A stretch of DNA of 64,000 nucleotides from Escherichia phage vB_EcoM_ASO1A. The stretch lies in sequence record MZ726791.1. The stretch is one strand, 5' to 3'. This document shows, one piece after another, positions 34,351 through 43,751 of this stretch (positions within the stretch are counted from its first letter, which is position 1; each line of letters opens with the position of its first letter). The notes beneath the pieces were generated by a model. It did no database searches. It was not told the origin of the DNA and was given only the letters and a program-made list of their open reading frames with translations. The position numbers were made by a program, and so were the translations under genes.

Positions 34351-34650
34351 TTAGTCTGCCAACCTTAAATTAAAATTAACACCAAATTTTTCACATACTT
34401 CCAACATATACTCAAGAGAGACATTCCCAGTGAGGTGGATTATGTTGGATACACGAGCTTGAGAGATGCCACAAATTTTAGCGACTTGCTCTTGAGAAAG
34501 ACCTCTGGATTTAATCTCTCTCTTAAAACGATGTGCAACGAAGTCTCTCATTTCGTCTACATCCATTGGACAAATATAACTCTCCATTTCAGCCTCTCTA
34601 TCAGCCTCCCAATCATCTTGTGGGGCATAAGGGTCAAAAACCTCATTCAT
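34351..34650 (-). CDS. HTH (XRE/Cro-like) domain protein, putative transcriptional regulator
   Basis: C-terminal GLSQEQVAKICGISQARVSNI helix-turn-helix; track start is TTG, moved to ATG (MNEVF) with GGAAG SD. Confidence 0.55.
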   Translation of the reverse strand: MNEVFDPYAPQDDWEADREAEMESYICPMDVDEMRDFVAHRFKREIKSRGLSQEQVAKICGISQARVSNIIHLTGNVSLEYMLEVCEKFGVNFNLRLAD

Positions 34651-34855
34651 CTTTCTTCTTCCGTTTGCGTGAAGTGTCAATCAATGAATCTATGTTTGTA
34701 GCCCTAACCTTTTCACGTTCATCATTAAGATAATCATCAAGAGCCTTTTCAATCTGTGAATCATCTTGACAGATGACTGTAAAGACTGTAAAGCCGTCTG
34801 TATCGTCAATTATCTTACCATAACCGCTTCTGGGATGTAACTTTTTAAGAGCCAT
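34643..34855 (-). CDS. hypothetical small protein
   Basis: 70 aa ORF. Confidence 0.4.
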   Translation of the reverse strand: MALKKLHPRSGYGKIIDDTDGFTVFTVICQDDSQIEKALDDYLNDEREKVRATNIDSLIDTSRKRKKKDE

Positions 34856-34856
34856 A

Positions 34857-35240
34857 TCAAATACCTGTGCAGCTTCTGTTTTCTAAGAAATACTCCACAC
34901 CATACATAGCTTTTTGCATCAAATCTTCTTTAAACTGGATACGGTGGTTGAGCATCGCCTGTACATCAATATCATCACGGTGTTTCTCTTTAATGTTTGC
35001 AGATTGCAGGAAATACTCTGCAAGAACACGATACTGGTAGTCAGTTACCTTATCAGTCATCTCTGTTAAAGACTCTTCAGAGATTGGTTTAAGTAGTTCA
35101 CCATTAGCTAGAGCAACACCTTTTACAATCTGGCAAGTATCCTCTGGGACACCTGATAAGTTCACATTTGGCAGTTCTGTTGCATTAACTGGTAAACTCA
35201 TTGCCATAACCATTGCAGCAGCTAATAAAATCTTTTTCAT
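34857..35240 (-). CDS. secreted protein with signal peptide
   Basis: N-terminal MKKILLAAAMVMAMSLPVNA-TE signal peptide; track start is GTG, moved to ATG after GAGGTG SD. Confidence 0.55.
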   Translation of the reverse strand: MKKILLAAAMVMAMSLPVNATELPNVNLSGVPEDTCQIVKGVALANGELLKPISEESLTEMTDKVTDYQYRVLAEYFLQSANIKEKHRDDIDVQAMLNHRIQFKEDLMQKAMYGVEYFLENRSCTGI

Positions 35241-35414
35241 AAACACCTCAAAGTTATATTAAATTTTGTATGACGTTGAGTATAAAAATAAGCTATAACA
35301 CCTGAACTGTCAACAGATTTTATAGCTTATTTGGCAGATTTTTTATAAGGCTACTGCCATCCTTCCATACCAAACCATACAAGACATAGCCATACCCGAC
35401 CTCACCCTACCGGA

Positions 35415-35453
35415 CATCACTTAAAAACCCTCTTAGAAGACTCTTAAGTGATG
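35415..35453. repeat. conserved hairpin element copy E (10-bp inverted repeat CATCACTTAA/TTAAGTGATG enclosing CCCTCTTAGAAGACTC)
   Basis: Core related to the hairpin family in the tRNA array; sits in a 420-nt intergenic region. Confidence 0.4.
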
Positions 35454-35477
35454 CTGGTGAGTACCCGTTGGTTTATG

Positions 35478-35510
35478 CTGCTCAGTATACTCACCAAATT
35501 TTCTATGTCA
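35478..35510 (-). promoter_or_regulatory. sigma70-like promoter on minus strand (TTGACA - 16 nt - TATACT)
   Basis: Reverse complement read directly; drives downstream minus-strand genes. Confidence 0.5.
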
Positions 35511-35518
35511 ACAACTTT

Positions 35519-35665
35519 TTATAAAAAAGTTCTGATAGCTATATGTGTCACGAAACAAAAGATTGTAAACAAGACACCCATTGCAAAAGATGTGTCCAAA
35601 AGCTTACTTGCAACGTATGACAATACAAAGACAACCAGTATAAACAGAATGACTGTACTGAACAT
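35519..35665 (-). CDS. small two-helix membrane peptide (about 48 aa, not in ORF track)
   Basis: Minus-strand ATG just after ligase stop; translation strongly hydrophobic. Confidence 0.3.
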   Translation of the reverse strand: MFSTVILFILVVFVLSYVASKLLDTSFAMGVLFTIFCFVTHIAIRTFL

Positions 35666-35668
35666 AGT

Positions 35669-36772
35669 TTATTCATAATCCCTAATAACTAGCCCTACAG
35701 GAAACTGTAAAGAACCCTTACGAGTCATCTTCTGGAACTGAACAGTTAAAGGCTTCCCGATAAACTCTTCAGGATGTTCAGCAAGATACTGTTTCTTCTC
35801 GTGTGTAGTTTTCCATGAAACATCTACAAAGACGTTAGGAAGAGTCTCTACAACGAACTTACCATGACCACGCTTATCGGTCTTTACACCAGTCACTTTA
35901 AACTCTTCAGTGTGCATCTTCTTGTGCTTAATCAAGAAGTATGAACGGTGACCACACTCATAGAAGGAGTCTTCAGCAATTGAACGGTACATTGCACCTT
36001 CAAACTTAGCTTCAACCCACTTATCATGGGCTTCGTCAAACGCTTCCCAAGAATTTACACGACGAGACTTAACAGGGACAACTTTACAGCCATCTCTAAA
36101 GTCATTCAATGGTGAAGTCTCAATAATATCTCTACGCTCAGGCCACGTCTTAGTACTGTCACAGATATCATACCAGTAAAACTTAAGTAAGTGTCTGTCA
36201 GGATTGTCTTCATTTTTAATCATAGAGACGATATCTTCTAAGTCCCACCCATGAGCATAAATCTCTCCATCAAATTCATCAACATCTTTGTGGAGCCTTA
36301 ACATTGTCATAATGTCAGGTATTAGTTCAGTAGGGATTTTATAAACAGTATTCTCACGAGAGTATGCTGTAAATACGCTACCAATGCTTAAGTGTCTTGA
36401 AATTCTACAACGGACACCATCAAGTTTTGGTTGAGCATCAGCAGGAAACTTCAGATACTTTGCATGACTAACCTTTGCAGCATCATGAGCAAGCTGTACA
36501 CCTACCTTCTCAGTATTCTGTGCAGACTCTTTTGTGTAAGCATAACCTTTGCGGTCAACTTGTTTCTTGTACTTAGCAGAAACTTCAAAGAGAGCTTGCT
36601 GTTCAGCGTTACGCTCATTCTTTTTACCGATGTTTTTAGGCTCTGCTGTGTACTCTTCAAACATCATCTTACCATTTTCTTTACCATAGGTTGTAATAAC
36701 TTTGTCACCTACAGCAACACATGACCAGACATTGAAAGAGCCATCTTTATTTTGTTTGTACAGTATTGTCAT
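35669..36772 (-). CDS. ATP-dependent DNA ligase
   Basis: Motif I PKLDGVR (KxDG); track ORF trimmed to ATG Met13 preceded by GAGGA SD. Confidence 0.8.
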   Translation of the reverse strand: MTILYKQNKDGSFNVWSCVAVGDKVITTYGKENGKMMFEEYTAEPKNIGKKNERNAEQQALFEVSAKYKKQVDRKGYAYTKESAQNTEKVGVQLAHDAAKVSHAKYLKFPADAQPKLDGVRCRISRHLSIGSVFTAYSRENTVYKIPTELIPDIMTMLRLHKDVDEFDGEIYAHGWDLEDIVSMIKNEDNPDRHLLKFYWYDICDSTKTWPERRDIIETSPLNDFRDGCKVVPVKSRRVNSWEAFDEAHDKWVEAKFEGAMYRSIAEDSFYECGHRSYFLIKHKKMHTEEFKVTGVKTDKRGHGKFVVETLPNVFVDVSWKTTHEKKQYLAEHPEEFIGKPLTVQFQKMTRKGSLQFPVGLVIRDYE

Positions 36773-36773
36773 T

Positions 36774-36965
36774 TTATTCCTCTGAGTGATACCAAGTATT
36801 GCAAGCATTACATGCGTAAAGCTCTAAGTCATTTTTATCTGGTTTATGAAAACAGTTTGCTCCACAGTGGCAACGAAACGGCTTTCCACCAACTGTCAGG
36901 ATGAAGGATTGAACCTTTCCATCAGGAGTTCGTACAGCATTTTCACGGTTATCTTCTTTGCTCAT
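36774..36965 (-). CDS. small Cys-rich zinc-ribbon protein
   Basis: 63 aa with CHCGANC ... CNAC. Confidence 0.45.
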   Translation of the reverse strand: MSKEDNRENAVRTPDGKVQSFILTVGGKPFRCHCGANCFHKPDKNDLELYACNACNTWYHSEE

Positions 36966-37168
36966 TTTCTCTTACCACCAATTTCCACGTCGATAACCTG
37001 AACACCGACAGCAACATCAAACTTGTGAGTAATACTCTCCACAGTGTAAGTCCAACCATCAATACTAACCCGTTCACCCTCTCGTGGTACTATTGGGTTT
37101 TGTTGAGCCACGGTTGCAGTGGAATAAACAACATCGTAGCAATAGATATAGTTGACTAGAATTTGCAT
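36962..37168 (-). CDS. hypothetical small protein
   Basis: Track ORF 36962-37267 trimmed to internal ATG to remove overlap with upstream lipoprotein gene; start uncertain. Confidence 0.35.
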   Translation of the reverse strand: MQILVNYIYCYDVVYSTATVAQQNPIVPREGERVSIDGWTYTVESITHKFDVAVGVQVIDVEIGGKRK

Positions 37169-37169
37169 A

Positions 37170-37436
37170 TCAGTACCCTCCATCAATAACAGTAGTGTGA
37201 GATTGGCCATTTTTGCCATATCTATAAGATGTTGTTGTTTGAGAGTTGGGGCATCTGACAACAACAATATCCCTGCTTATAGCATCACCATTGAGTTTGT
37301 AGATTTTGCAGTCTTGCATCTCTGGAGGGAGGCTGTAAGAGGCATCTTTGTTTTCATAAGATGGGTTACAGCCAGCCAGAAAAATTACTCCAAGTGCAAC
37401 CATTACTTTCACACAACTCTTAACCTTATTGTTCAC
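37170..37436 (-). CDS. putative lipoprotein
   Basis: Signal peptide with lipobox LAGC (MNNKVKSCVKVMVALGVIFLAGC). Confidence 0.55.
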   Translation of the reverse strand: MNNKVKSCVKVMVALGVIFLAGCNPSYENKDASYSLPPEMQDCKIYKLNGDAISRDIVVVRCPNSQTTTSYRYGKNGQSHTTVIDGGY

Positions 37437-37567
37437 GATAGTCTACCTCTCTGTATGTTTTAAATAGTGAGTGATGAGTTCTGGTAATTCACTACGTTTA
37501 ACGTTTGAACGAATAAGTGTCCAGTCAAAACCTTTACCAACCCTTCCCCAGAGACTGTACATTCTCT

Positions 37568-37801
37568 TCATAGCAACTCCAGAATATCAATACGCTCACC
37601 TTTGAGTACTCCAGTACGGTCTTTTGCAATCTTGCCTTCAACAATAAGAATGTGTGCAGACCTTAAAGTGTCGCTGTTAAAGGTTTTTACGAACCTACTA
37701 GGCATGACTACAATGCACATCTCCTGAATCAGCTCTGGAGTGTAGCAGTTATCATGAAGTTGCTGAATAACATCTGCAAGTGTCATTTTTGATGTCTCCA
37801 A
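37568..37801 (-). CDS. hypothetical protein
   Basis: 77 aa ORF. Confidence 0.4.
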   Translation of the reverse strand: METSKMTLADVIQQLHDNCYTPELIQEMCIVVMPSRFVKTFNSDTLRSAHILIVEGKIAKDRTGVLKGERIDILELL

Positions 37802-37992
37802 TATTCAATGTCTATAAGTTCTTGTGCAATGCTTTTAAGGTTACTTTTAAGGAAAACTTTCTCACCACCAGACAGGGAGGTATTATCAATGAGTCTGTTC
37901 ATTCTCTCAAACAACTTCTGCTTACGATTCTTGATAGTCTCCTTTGAAGCACCTTTCATCATTGCTGCATGAGTTCTTCCACGGTGGCTCAT
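37783..37992 (-). CDS. hypothetical basic protein
   Basis: 69 aa ORF. Confidence 0.4.
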   Translation of the reverse strand: MSHRGRTHAAMMKGASKETIKNRKQKLFERMNRLIDNTSLSGGEKVFLKSNLKSIAQELIDIEYWRHQK

Positions 37993-38043
37993 AAACCCTC
38001 CTATACAAGATATAGTATAAGGTACTCTTCCCTGAGCACCTTG

Positions 38044-38559
38044 TCAACTTAGTTTTGCAAACTCTCCGTGGAGTTTAATAGCAGCTTCACAGTAAGCTTT
38101 ATGGGCTTCTTCTTCTGTTGTGTACGTCCCTATATGTATAGTCTTACCATTATGGTTAATCTGGGCTATCCACTTACCAGACTTGCTTCTACTTGTACCT
38201 TTTAAGTTTTTTGATGTTCTGGGTTGTCTCCTATTAGACATGTTCTGCTCTTTTGTGGCCTCTCTTAGATTGTCCCAAGCGTTATTCAAACCATCCCCAT
38301 CTTTGTGGTCAATGTGTTTATCAGGCCACTTACCTGTCATCCAGAACCAAGCAATTCGGTGATTACCTGTCCTGTATCCTAAAATCTGTGTGTGCATATA
38401 CACACCAGACCTTGTGCGCTTAATTGCTCCGGCTTGGCTTCCAATGACCACCCTACTACTATGTGGAGGTCTGCCAATCCATGTTAAGACCCCTGTTTCG
38501 GGGTCATAATCTAACCAAGACTTTAACTGTTCATGTGTGAATCCACAATCTCTCATCAA
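38044..38559 (-). CDS. HNH homing endonuclease with AP2-like DNA-binding domain
   Basis: HIDHKDGDGLNNAWDNLR (HNH) and YDPETGVLTW N-terminal motif shared with two paralogs; abuts the DNA polymerase gene. Confidence 0.75.
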   Translation of the reverse strand: MMRDCGFTHEQLKSWLDYDPETGVLTWIGRPPHSSRVVIGSQAGAIKRTRSGVYMHTQILGYRTGNHRIAWFWMTGKWPDKHIDHKDGDGLNNAWDNLREATKEQNMSNRRQPRTSKNLKGTSRSKSGKWIAQINHNGKTIHIGTYTTEEEAHKAYCEAAIKLHGEFAKLS

Positions 38560-41255
38560 TGTACCTCATACCAGCTTTTACCAACCTTACCAGTACCAGT
38601 TACCAGTGTTTCACTCTTTAGTCCTAAGTTCTTAGAGGCTTGCCCGTAATACCAATCAGTGACAGCCTTCACCTCTGCCGTCATACTTTCTGGACATTCC
38701 CAACTCGTCTCATCGTGATAGGAGCACAATAAACGAGCACCTATAGCTGGTTTGCGACCGTTCAACTTCATCAAACCTTCGTCAATCATACGACGGCAAG
38801 CAAGGTTAATTGCCTCGTTCTGAATCTGACTTTCCGAACCCATAAGCAAATAATTCAACAACTTATGTGGAGATTTACACCACAACCAAGCTCCAGCAAC
38901 CTTTACAAAACCCCCTTTAGAGATTGCAGCAGTCTTACCAAACACCTCTTCAAGTGCCTTTTTAGTTGCTTTGTAGTCAGCTTCCAAGTCATCTAGCAGC
39001 TTCTTAATTTTAGGCAAACGAATAAAGTAAGTCTGTTTAGTCAGTGCACCTTCCTGAGTAGTTGCAGCTTTAATCGTCTTAGCAAACTTCTCATCACCTG
39101 CACCGAACAGCAGTGCATAGATACCATTCTTAGCTTTCTTACGGCCTTTGCTAATCTCATGGAGAAGGTTCTCATCCTGAGTAGCTCGACAAGTCAAGAT
39201 ATCCTGCTCATCATTCAAGCTAAAGTAAATACTGTTCAATGTATGTGCATCAGTCCCTGAATAGACAACGTACAGGTCATTCTCAGAGTCATAGCGAAGG
39301 TACTTATCAATCTCTGGGTTCAGGTACTCATCAAAATGTTTGCAGTAATAGCGTCCATCTTCTTGACGAATGAACTCAATTTCTTCTTTACCTTGCGTTA
39401 CCGCTTTGGTGAAGTCTTTATCACCCATAAAGTTACAAAGAAGAACTAGCTGGGCTGAGTTCATATCTACAGAGACAACGTTAGTACCTTCCTCACAAAT
39501 CCATACTGCCCTCATTGGTTCTCCATAGACAGCAGCACCAGACGGTACGTTTACAATACCATACTGTGTCATACGTCCAGTTGAAGTACCAAACACCATT
39601 GCACCAGCACTAAGGCGACCATCAGGACGAATCTGGTTAAGCCAACCTTTTTCATCATCCTTTGAGTTCTCAATAGTTCTGCGTCGGTGCATCAAAGTAT
39701 AGTACTTAGCAATCTTCTGTCCAAGCTCACCTTCAATCGTATCATAAGATGATTCAGTAAGTTTTGGTGAAGTACGGATTAAGCAAGGTTCAAGCAAATC
39801 TGTGTATTTCTTCACAGACCAGTTATGCTCGATGTACTGTACACCTTCATGTTCAACATAACTCAAACCACACCGCTCAACCATTTCCTGCCACTTAGGA
39901 TGCTTTGTAATCATCTTTTTATTGTCTTTGAAACGACAAACTTTGACAGGGCGACCGTCTGAGTCTTTCTTGTAGTTCCAGTCATCTGGAATCCAACCAA
40001 CTGATTTCAAGTAGTCTTTTACAACTGCTACCTGAGTCATACGAGAAACTTCAAACTCAATTGGTGTATATGGTGCATCAATCAATCCTGTGTAGCGACT
40101 TGACTCAAGTTCAAAGTGGTTAACAACGTGGCTGTTATAGTACTTCACAGTTTTGACTGTTTTTACTGGCTTCCAGTCTTTGCATTTCTTACCAATCTTT
40201 GCATTCAACTCATTGCAAATTGCACGAGCATCCTTCATTGCTACAAAACCTTCCTTGTACTCTTCACCAGTTACAGAGTTGGTTGGTGTGTAGCAATTTC
40301 TCTTTTCAATGTTAAAAATCTTTGTAGTTGGCTTACCAAACGGTTTGATTTCGTATGTCTGCATCTCACCGTTACGTACCTGTTGACGATACTTTGTCTT
40401 AGGGTACTTGGTAATTCTCTTCAGTCCATCTGCATGACCGAACGCTTCAACATACTCATTCCAAGCTTTTGCAAACTCTTCTCCAGTGACTTTACCTTTG
40501 GTCTTAATAGTTGGAGGAAGATGTGGTTCAACCTCTGAAGCAAGCTCATTAGTCAACTTGTCAAGTTCCTTTACATGGAACTCCATAAGCTCTTTATCAG
40601 CTTTCCAACCATTGATAGCTTGTTGACTCATCCAGAAAGATGTTTCTTTAGCTCGCATGTAGGTTTCATAAGTGTCTATGCCACACTTCTTAAGCTTGAG
40701 ATACTCATTATCAAGTGCCCGTTTAGTTTTGGCGTTAATACGGATATCTTCTACAACACGAGTGAAGATTTCTGCATTCCACACACCCCAATGTTCAATC
40801 TCTGGTTTACGAACACCAACACGAGCACCCCATGCAGCCAAGCCATGAGCACCTTTATAACCCTTTGGAGTTGGTCTATCCATCCACTGAACACGAGACT
40901 GGATAAGAGAATCCTGAAAGAAATTACTCCACGGCTTACACTTTGGATTATCAAAGTTCCATAAATCCGGTGCAATGTGATTGAAAACCCACCAGTCATA
41001 ACCTAGACCATTATGAATGCAAAGACGTTTTGCCTTTAACGCAAACTCAATACCTTCACGTAAGCCACCCTTAATGTACTTGGTATACTTGTGACCGAGG
41101 ATAGGCTCATCTGTAAAGACCCATACAGGTGGCTCTTCATCGTCAGATTTATAGTCTGCGAAAGCCATTACGTGCACTTTAGTGAACTCAAGGAGTAAAC
41201 CATCAGTTTCTGTATCACCAACTAAATGTAAGTTTTTAAAATCTACGTTTTCCAT
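38556..41255 (-). CDS. DNA polymerase, family A (Pol I-like) with 3'-5' exonuclease domain
   Basis: Exo I motif DTETDGL near N-terminus; ~900 aa; start set to Met11 with AGGGAG SD. Confidence 0.85.
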   Translation of the reverse strand: MENVDFKNLHLVGDTETDGLLLEFTKVHVMAFADYKSDDEEPPVWVFTDEPILGHKYTKYIKGGLREGIEFALKAKRLCIHNGLGYDWWVFNHIAPDLWNFDNPKCKPWSNFFQDSLIQSRVQWMDRPTPKGYKGAHGLAAWGARVGVRKPEIEHWGVWNAEIFTRVVEDIRINAKTKRALDNEYLKLKKCGIDTYETYMRAKETSFWMSQQAINGWKADKELMEFHVKELDKLTNELASEVEPHLPPTIKTKGKVTGEEFAKAWNEYVEAFGHADGLKRITKYPKTKYRQQVRNGEMQTYEIKPFGKPTTKIFNIEKRNCYTPTNSVTGEEYKEGFVAMKDARAICNELNAKIGKKCKDWKPVKTVKTVKYYNSHVVNHFELESSRYTGLIDAPYTPIEFEVSRMTQVAVVKDYLKSVGWIPDDWNYKKDSDGRPVKVCRFKDNKKMITKHPKWQEMVERCGLSYVEHEGVQYIEHNWSVKKYTDLLEPCLIRTSPKLTESSYDTIEGELGQKIAKYYTLMHRRRTIENSKDDEKGWLNQIRPDGRLSAGAMVFGTSTGRMTQYGIVNVPSGAAVYGEPMRAVWICEEGTNVVSVDMNSAQLVLLCNFMGDKDFTKAVTQGKEEIEFIRQEDGRYYCKHFDEYLNPEIDKYLRYDSENDLYVVYSGTDAHTLNSIYFSLNDEQDILTCRATQDENLLHEISKGRKKAKNGIYALLFGAGDEKFAKTIKAATTQEGALTKQTYFIRLPKIKKLLDDLEADYKATKKALEEVFGKTAAISKGGFVKVAGAWLWCKSPHKLLNYLLMGSESQIQNEAINLACRRMIDEGLMKLNGRKPAIGARLLCSYHDETSWECPESMTAEVKAVTDWYYGQASKNLGLKSETLVTGTGKVGKSWYEVH

Positions 41256-41314
41256 TTTTACTCCCTCTAAAATCATTAACCTCATACATTACTGCAAAAA
41301 ATTATAAAAAGCAA

Positions 41315-41344
41315 GTTGACAATGCACTTGACAAGGTGTTAATC
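41315..41344 (+). promoter_or_regulatory. sigma70-like promoter (TTGACA - 18 nt - TAATCT) with conserved spacer CTTGACAAGGTG
   Basis: Read directly in divergent intergenic region 41256-41512. Confidence 0.5.
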
Positions 41345-41512
41345 TTTGCGAAGTGGGTTTTTACTTAAAAGGTTACTTAACAGTTTAACTATACAGATAC
41401 TTTAAAAGTCTTAAAAGATTATTTAATAGCTTTTAAAAAGCTTTAAAGTATAACGTATAGAATACGTTAAGATAAAAGATTAAAACTTAATAGTTACTTA
41501 AAAGAGGCTTAC

Positions 41513-41935
41513 ATGCAGAAAATGTTTGTTCACCCAGACATAGCTGACTTTGTTAGAGCTTTGCAAAAGTTGGAAGAACTTGACATTGCTGCTCAACGGG
41601 AATATGCTCACCATCACAGGAGAATGGTTGATATACAACATGAAATAGAGTTGTCTGAAAACTATGAAGATGACTTAAAATGCTCTGTATTTGAGCATAT
41701 GAAAGATGTTGCTACAGCGAGACGTAAAGCTAAAGACACAGTTGCTTTACTAGATTCTCTTAAAAAGAGGTTGCAAAGTGGTACAGACCTGTGTAATCTA
41801 GCGTCACTGATTAACGATGTTGAAACTTCTTGGGATAGGCACTATTATCCACGTTCTGAAAAGACACTTGACTTTTCTTCATCCGAAAACTTAAAATGTT
41901 CTAGAAAGAAACTTAACCAACTGAGAGAGAAATAA
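41513..41935 (+). CDS. hypothetical early protein
   Basis: 140 aa, AAAGAGG SD. Confidence 0.55.
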   Translation: MQKMFVHPDIADFVRALQKLEELDIAAQREYAHHHRRMVDIQHEIELSENYEDDLKCSVFEHMKDVATARRKAKDTVALLDSLKKRLQSGTDLCNLASLINDVETSWDRHYYPRSEKTLDFSSSENLKCSRKKLNQLREK

Positions 41936-41936
41936 T

Positions 41937-42737
41937 ATGAATATCGATGTAGAAAAGATGCTTGAAGAGAAAGGTATTGACGAAGCATTTTTAATCAATG
42001 CCGTAGAAAGCATGGCTATGATTCTTCGTGGTAACAACTACACAGAACAGTTTATGCCTGCAAGCTATAACTTGCCTGAAGACAAGTCTGATAACGGTGC
42101 TTTTGCAGAACAGGTTAACATGATGCTTTGCGACAAAACACTTGCTTTAGCATCTATCGTTGTAGGTGTTGATGCCCTTGCAGAGTTCATTTTTTATGAG
42201 ATGCAGAAAAATGATTATATTGCCATGACCACTGAAGAAAAAGACTTGCTACTACTCGCAGGTAACGATGAACTAATTGACCTGTTAATTTCATCAACTA
42301 GTGCTGTTATGGCTGCTCTTGAGAAGCGCATGGAAGAAAAACTTTCACGATATGAAAAACTTGATTGGGGTGTAGAAGAATTAAACCCACGAATCAAAGA
42401 AATTATCCAGCAAACTAAAGAGTCTTTGGAAGAAGCTGTTGAAAATGACTCTGTAGCTGATATAGAACCTCTTCAGGTGAAAGTTGCACTGATGATTCCA
42501 GCTATCTCTACGATGATGAATATCGTTGCACTAATCCAACTTTCACAGATGATGGGTGTAAGTATTGAGTTCATTGAAGAGATGACTGGTGGCGTTAGTA
42601 TGCAAGCAATAAATGATGTTTTGGTGAACATTGGTGCTTCAATCATTGAAGAGAAACTACGCATTAACTTCGGTGATGATTTTGTGAAGCAAATCTCAGC
42701 TATGGCTGAAAAAGAGTATGCTGAGCAACTGCACTAA
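41937..42737 (+). CDS. hypothetical highly acidic early protein
   Basis: 266 aa, Glu/Asp-rich; terminator-like hairpin downstream. Confidence 0.55.
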   Translation: MNIDVEKMLEEKGIDEAFLINAVESMAMILRGNNYTEQFMPASYNLPEDKSDNGAFAEQVNMMLCDKTLALASIVVGVDALAEFIFYEMQKNDYIAMTTEEKDLLLLAGNDELIDLLISSTSAVMAALEKRMEEKLSRYEKLDWGVEELNPRIKEIIQQTKESLEEAVENDSVADIEPLQVKVALMIPAISTMMNIVALIQLSQMMGVSIEFIEEMTGGVSMQAINDVLVNIGASIIEEKLRINFGDDFVKQISAMAEKEYAEQLH

Positions 42738-42798
42738 GTCTTTATAAATCTTACAAGCCTCCTTAGTTGGGGGCTTTTTAGTAATTAATGGAGATAAA

Positions 42799-43542
42799 AT
42801 GAGTAATATTATCGCATTTACTGGAAAGGCACGTTCTGGAAAAGACACCTCATGTTCTATTGTGAAGAACATCTTAGAGGATGAGCACGGCTACAATGTT
42901 GCTGTAATGGCCTTTGCAGACAACCTTAAACTGTCTGCATCAAAGATATTTGACCTGACTTGGAATGACCTGTATGGTGAAACTAAAGAGACTCCACAGG
43001 TATTTGACTTGTCATATCCTGAACTGATGTTTAAAGTTACGGAAGCTATGGAGTTCACCTTCAGAGATGAACGTTACCATATGGACTTCAAGCTTATGTC
43101 AGAGTTAACCGGACGATTAATCATGGAGCTTAAGAAGGTTGCTAAACCAACTCTATTGACACGTCTGGGGTTTAGCAAAAAGTATAAATTCTCATCAAGA
43201 CAAATTCAACAGATTTGGGGCACTGAAGTTGTCCGTAAAGTAATGGGAGACAAGTTCTGGTCTAAAGACCTTGAAAAAAGAATGGTTAGATTCTATGAAA
43301 GTTGCTCACTTAGAAATCAATATGGTTTTGTCTTAATCAGTGATTTAAGATTTGACTCTGAAGCTGAGTGGCTGAGTAGATTTGCACACCAAACTATTGA
43401 AGTAAAAAGAGACAATGTGGATAAGATTTCATCACACGTTTCAGAAAATGGGCTATCCACCAAATATGAGCGTGACATTATTCATAATAATGGTACTCTT
43501 ACAGACCTTGAGAACAAGCTAAGAGCCATCATTAAAGTTTAA
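42799..43542 (+). CDS. deoxynucleoside monophosphate kinase (T4 gp1-like)
   Basis: P-loop FTGKARSGKDT resembles T4 dNMP kinase SGVKRSGKDT. Confidence 0.7.
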   Translation: MSNIIAFTGKARSGKDTSCSIVKNILEDEHGYNVAVMAFADNLKLSASKIFDLTWNDLYGETKETPQVFDLSYPELMFKVTEAMEFTFRDERYHMDFKLMSELTGRLIMELKKVAKPTLLTRLGFSKKYKFSSRQIQQIWGTEVVRKVMGDKFWSKDLEKRMVRFYESCSLRNQYGFVLISDLRFDSEAEWLSRFAHQTIEVKRDNVDKISSHVSENGLSTKYERDIIHNNGTLTDLENKLRAIIKV

Positions 43543-43550
43543 AAGAGAGA

Positions 43551-43751
43551 ATGAAGATGAGAGTAAAAGACAATTTTAAAGTTATTGACCACCGTTTAGT
43601 GGAACTCTCATCTCTTTCCAATGAGGTAATGATTGAACGTCTTAAGAGAGTTGAATCACGAAGGAAAGAGATTGCAGATGAAATTCATGAACTGGACAAG
43701 ATTGAAAATGGATTGAAGGCAGAACTACAACGAAGAGGTGCTAATGTCTAA
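43551..43751 (+). CDS. hypothetical small protein
   Basis: 66 aa. Confidence 0.4.
   Translation: MKMRVKDNFKVIDHRLVELSSLSNEVMIERLKRVESRRKEIADEIHELDKIENGLKAELQRRGANV

Noticed and set aside
40116-40964. Antisense ORFs within the DNA polymerase gene (40116-40538, 40575-40964, 40751-40999) and within the NAMPT-like gene (62727-63254)
   Set aside because: Embedded antisense to strongly supported enzyme genes, with no ribosome-binding sites.
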